Notes under the pieces: generated by a model
Seen by the model: the letters and a program-made list of their open reading frames with translations, nothing else
Database searches by the model: none
What the model was told of the DNA's origin: nothing
DNA from: Rhodosorus marinus CCMP1338
Taxonomy: Eukaryota; Plantae; Rhodophyta
Direction of reading: 5' to 3'
DNA length: 64,000 nucleotides
Assembly: GCA_029953675.1 (NCBI GenBank)
Contig: JAMWBK010000009.1
Span: forward strand, 682,001-746,000
Program-made: the position numbers and the translations under genes
In this document: piece after piece, positions 63,763 through 64,000 of the stretch
Layout of the letters: each line of letters begins with the position of its first letter
Position numbering within the stretch: position 1 is the first letter of the stretch

Positions 63763-64000
63763 CTTCAGCCAAAAAAAAGAAAAAAAAACCACCAAACCGC
63801 ACTGTCGGAATCACAGCTCCAGCTAGCTCCAGCTGAAGAAGACCAAAACCCCTCCAAAAACACAGAAACAAAAGCCGAAACTCTTCTACCTCTACAAACA
63901 CTCCACCAGTACGCCTTCACCTCAAATCAAAAATGCGCCGTCCAACCAGCCACATATACATACAACATCATTTCTCCTTGAAAGTCAAACCAAACCTTTC

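Overview
This is eukaryotic nuclear DNA: compact genes with short GT-AG introns (42 and 76 bp where resolved) and one protein with a plastid-type leader. A unicellular red-algal-like host is my inference, not established. The flanks carry ordinary genes: a TBC Rab-GAP, DDX6/Dhh1, a GT34 glycosyltransferase, RPF2, RPN6, a MATE transporter, an EEP-family hydrolase, a RING-H2 protein, RPN12, a C2H2 factor and a tentative FAAP100-like gene. The middle (about 23.8-43.5 kb) has no recognisable host gene. It is an island built almost entirely from one CRE-like, restriction-like-endonuclease (RLE) non-LTR retrotransposon, with three long copies and many 3'-anchored fragments nested into each other in both orientations. 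Outliers sit at 5.7, 6.7-7.5 and 15.1-16.7 kb, and an AT-rich motif-laden block follows at 42.8-44.9 kb. The element has several unusual traits shared by all three long copies: a U_UUU_UUG-GGU-UGA -1 frame break inside the RT domain, an SHDD instead of YxDD catalytic motif, and an overlapping ATGTCTGA start/stop with an upstream ORF. Its copies also end in (ATC)n-type tails and appear to favour a ~105-bp window inside the element itself. Decayed copia and gypsy remnants are present. All calls are from motif reading by eye; no searches were run.
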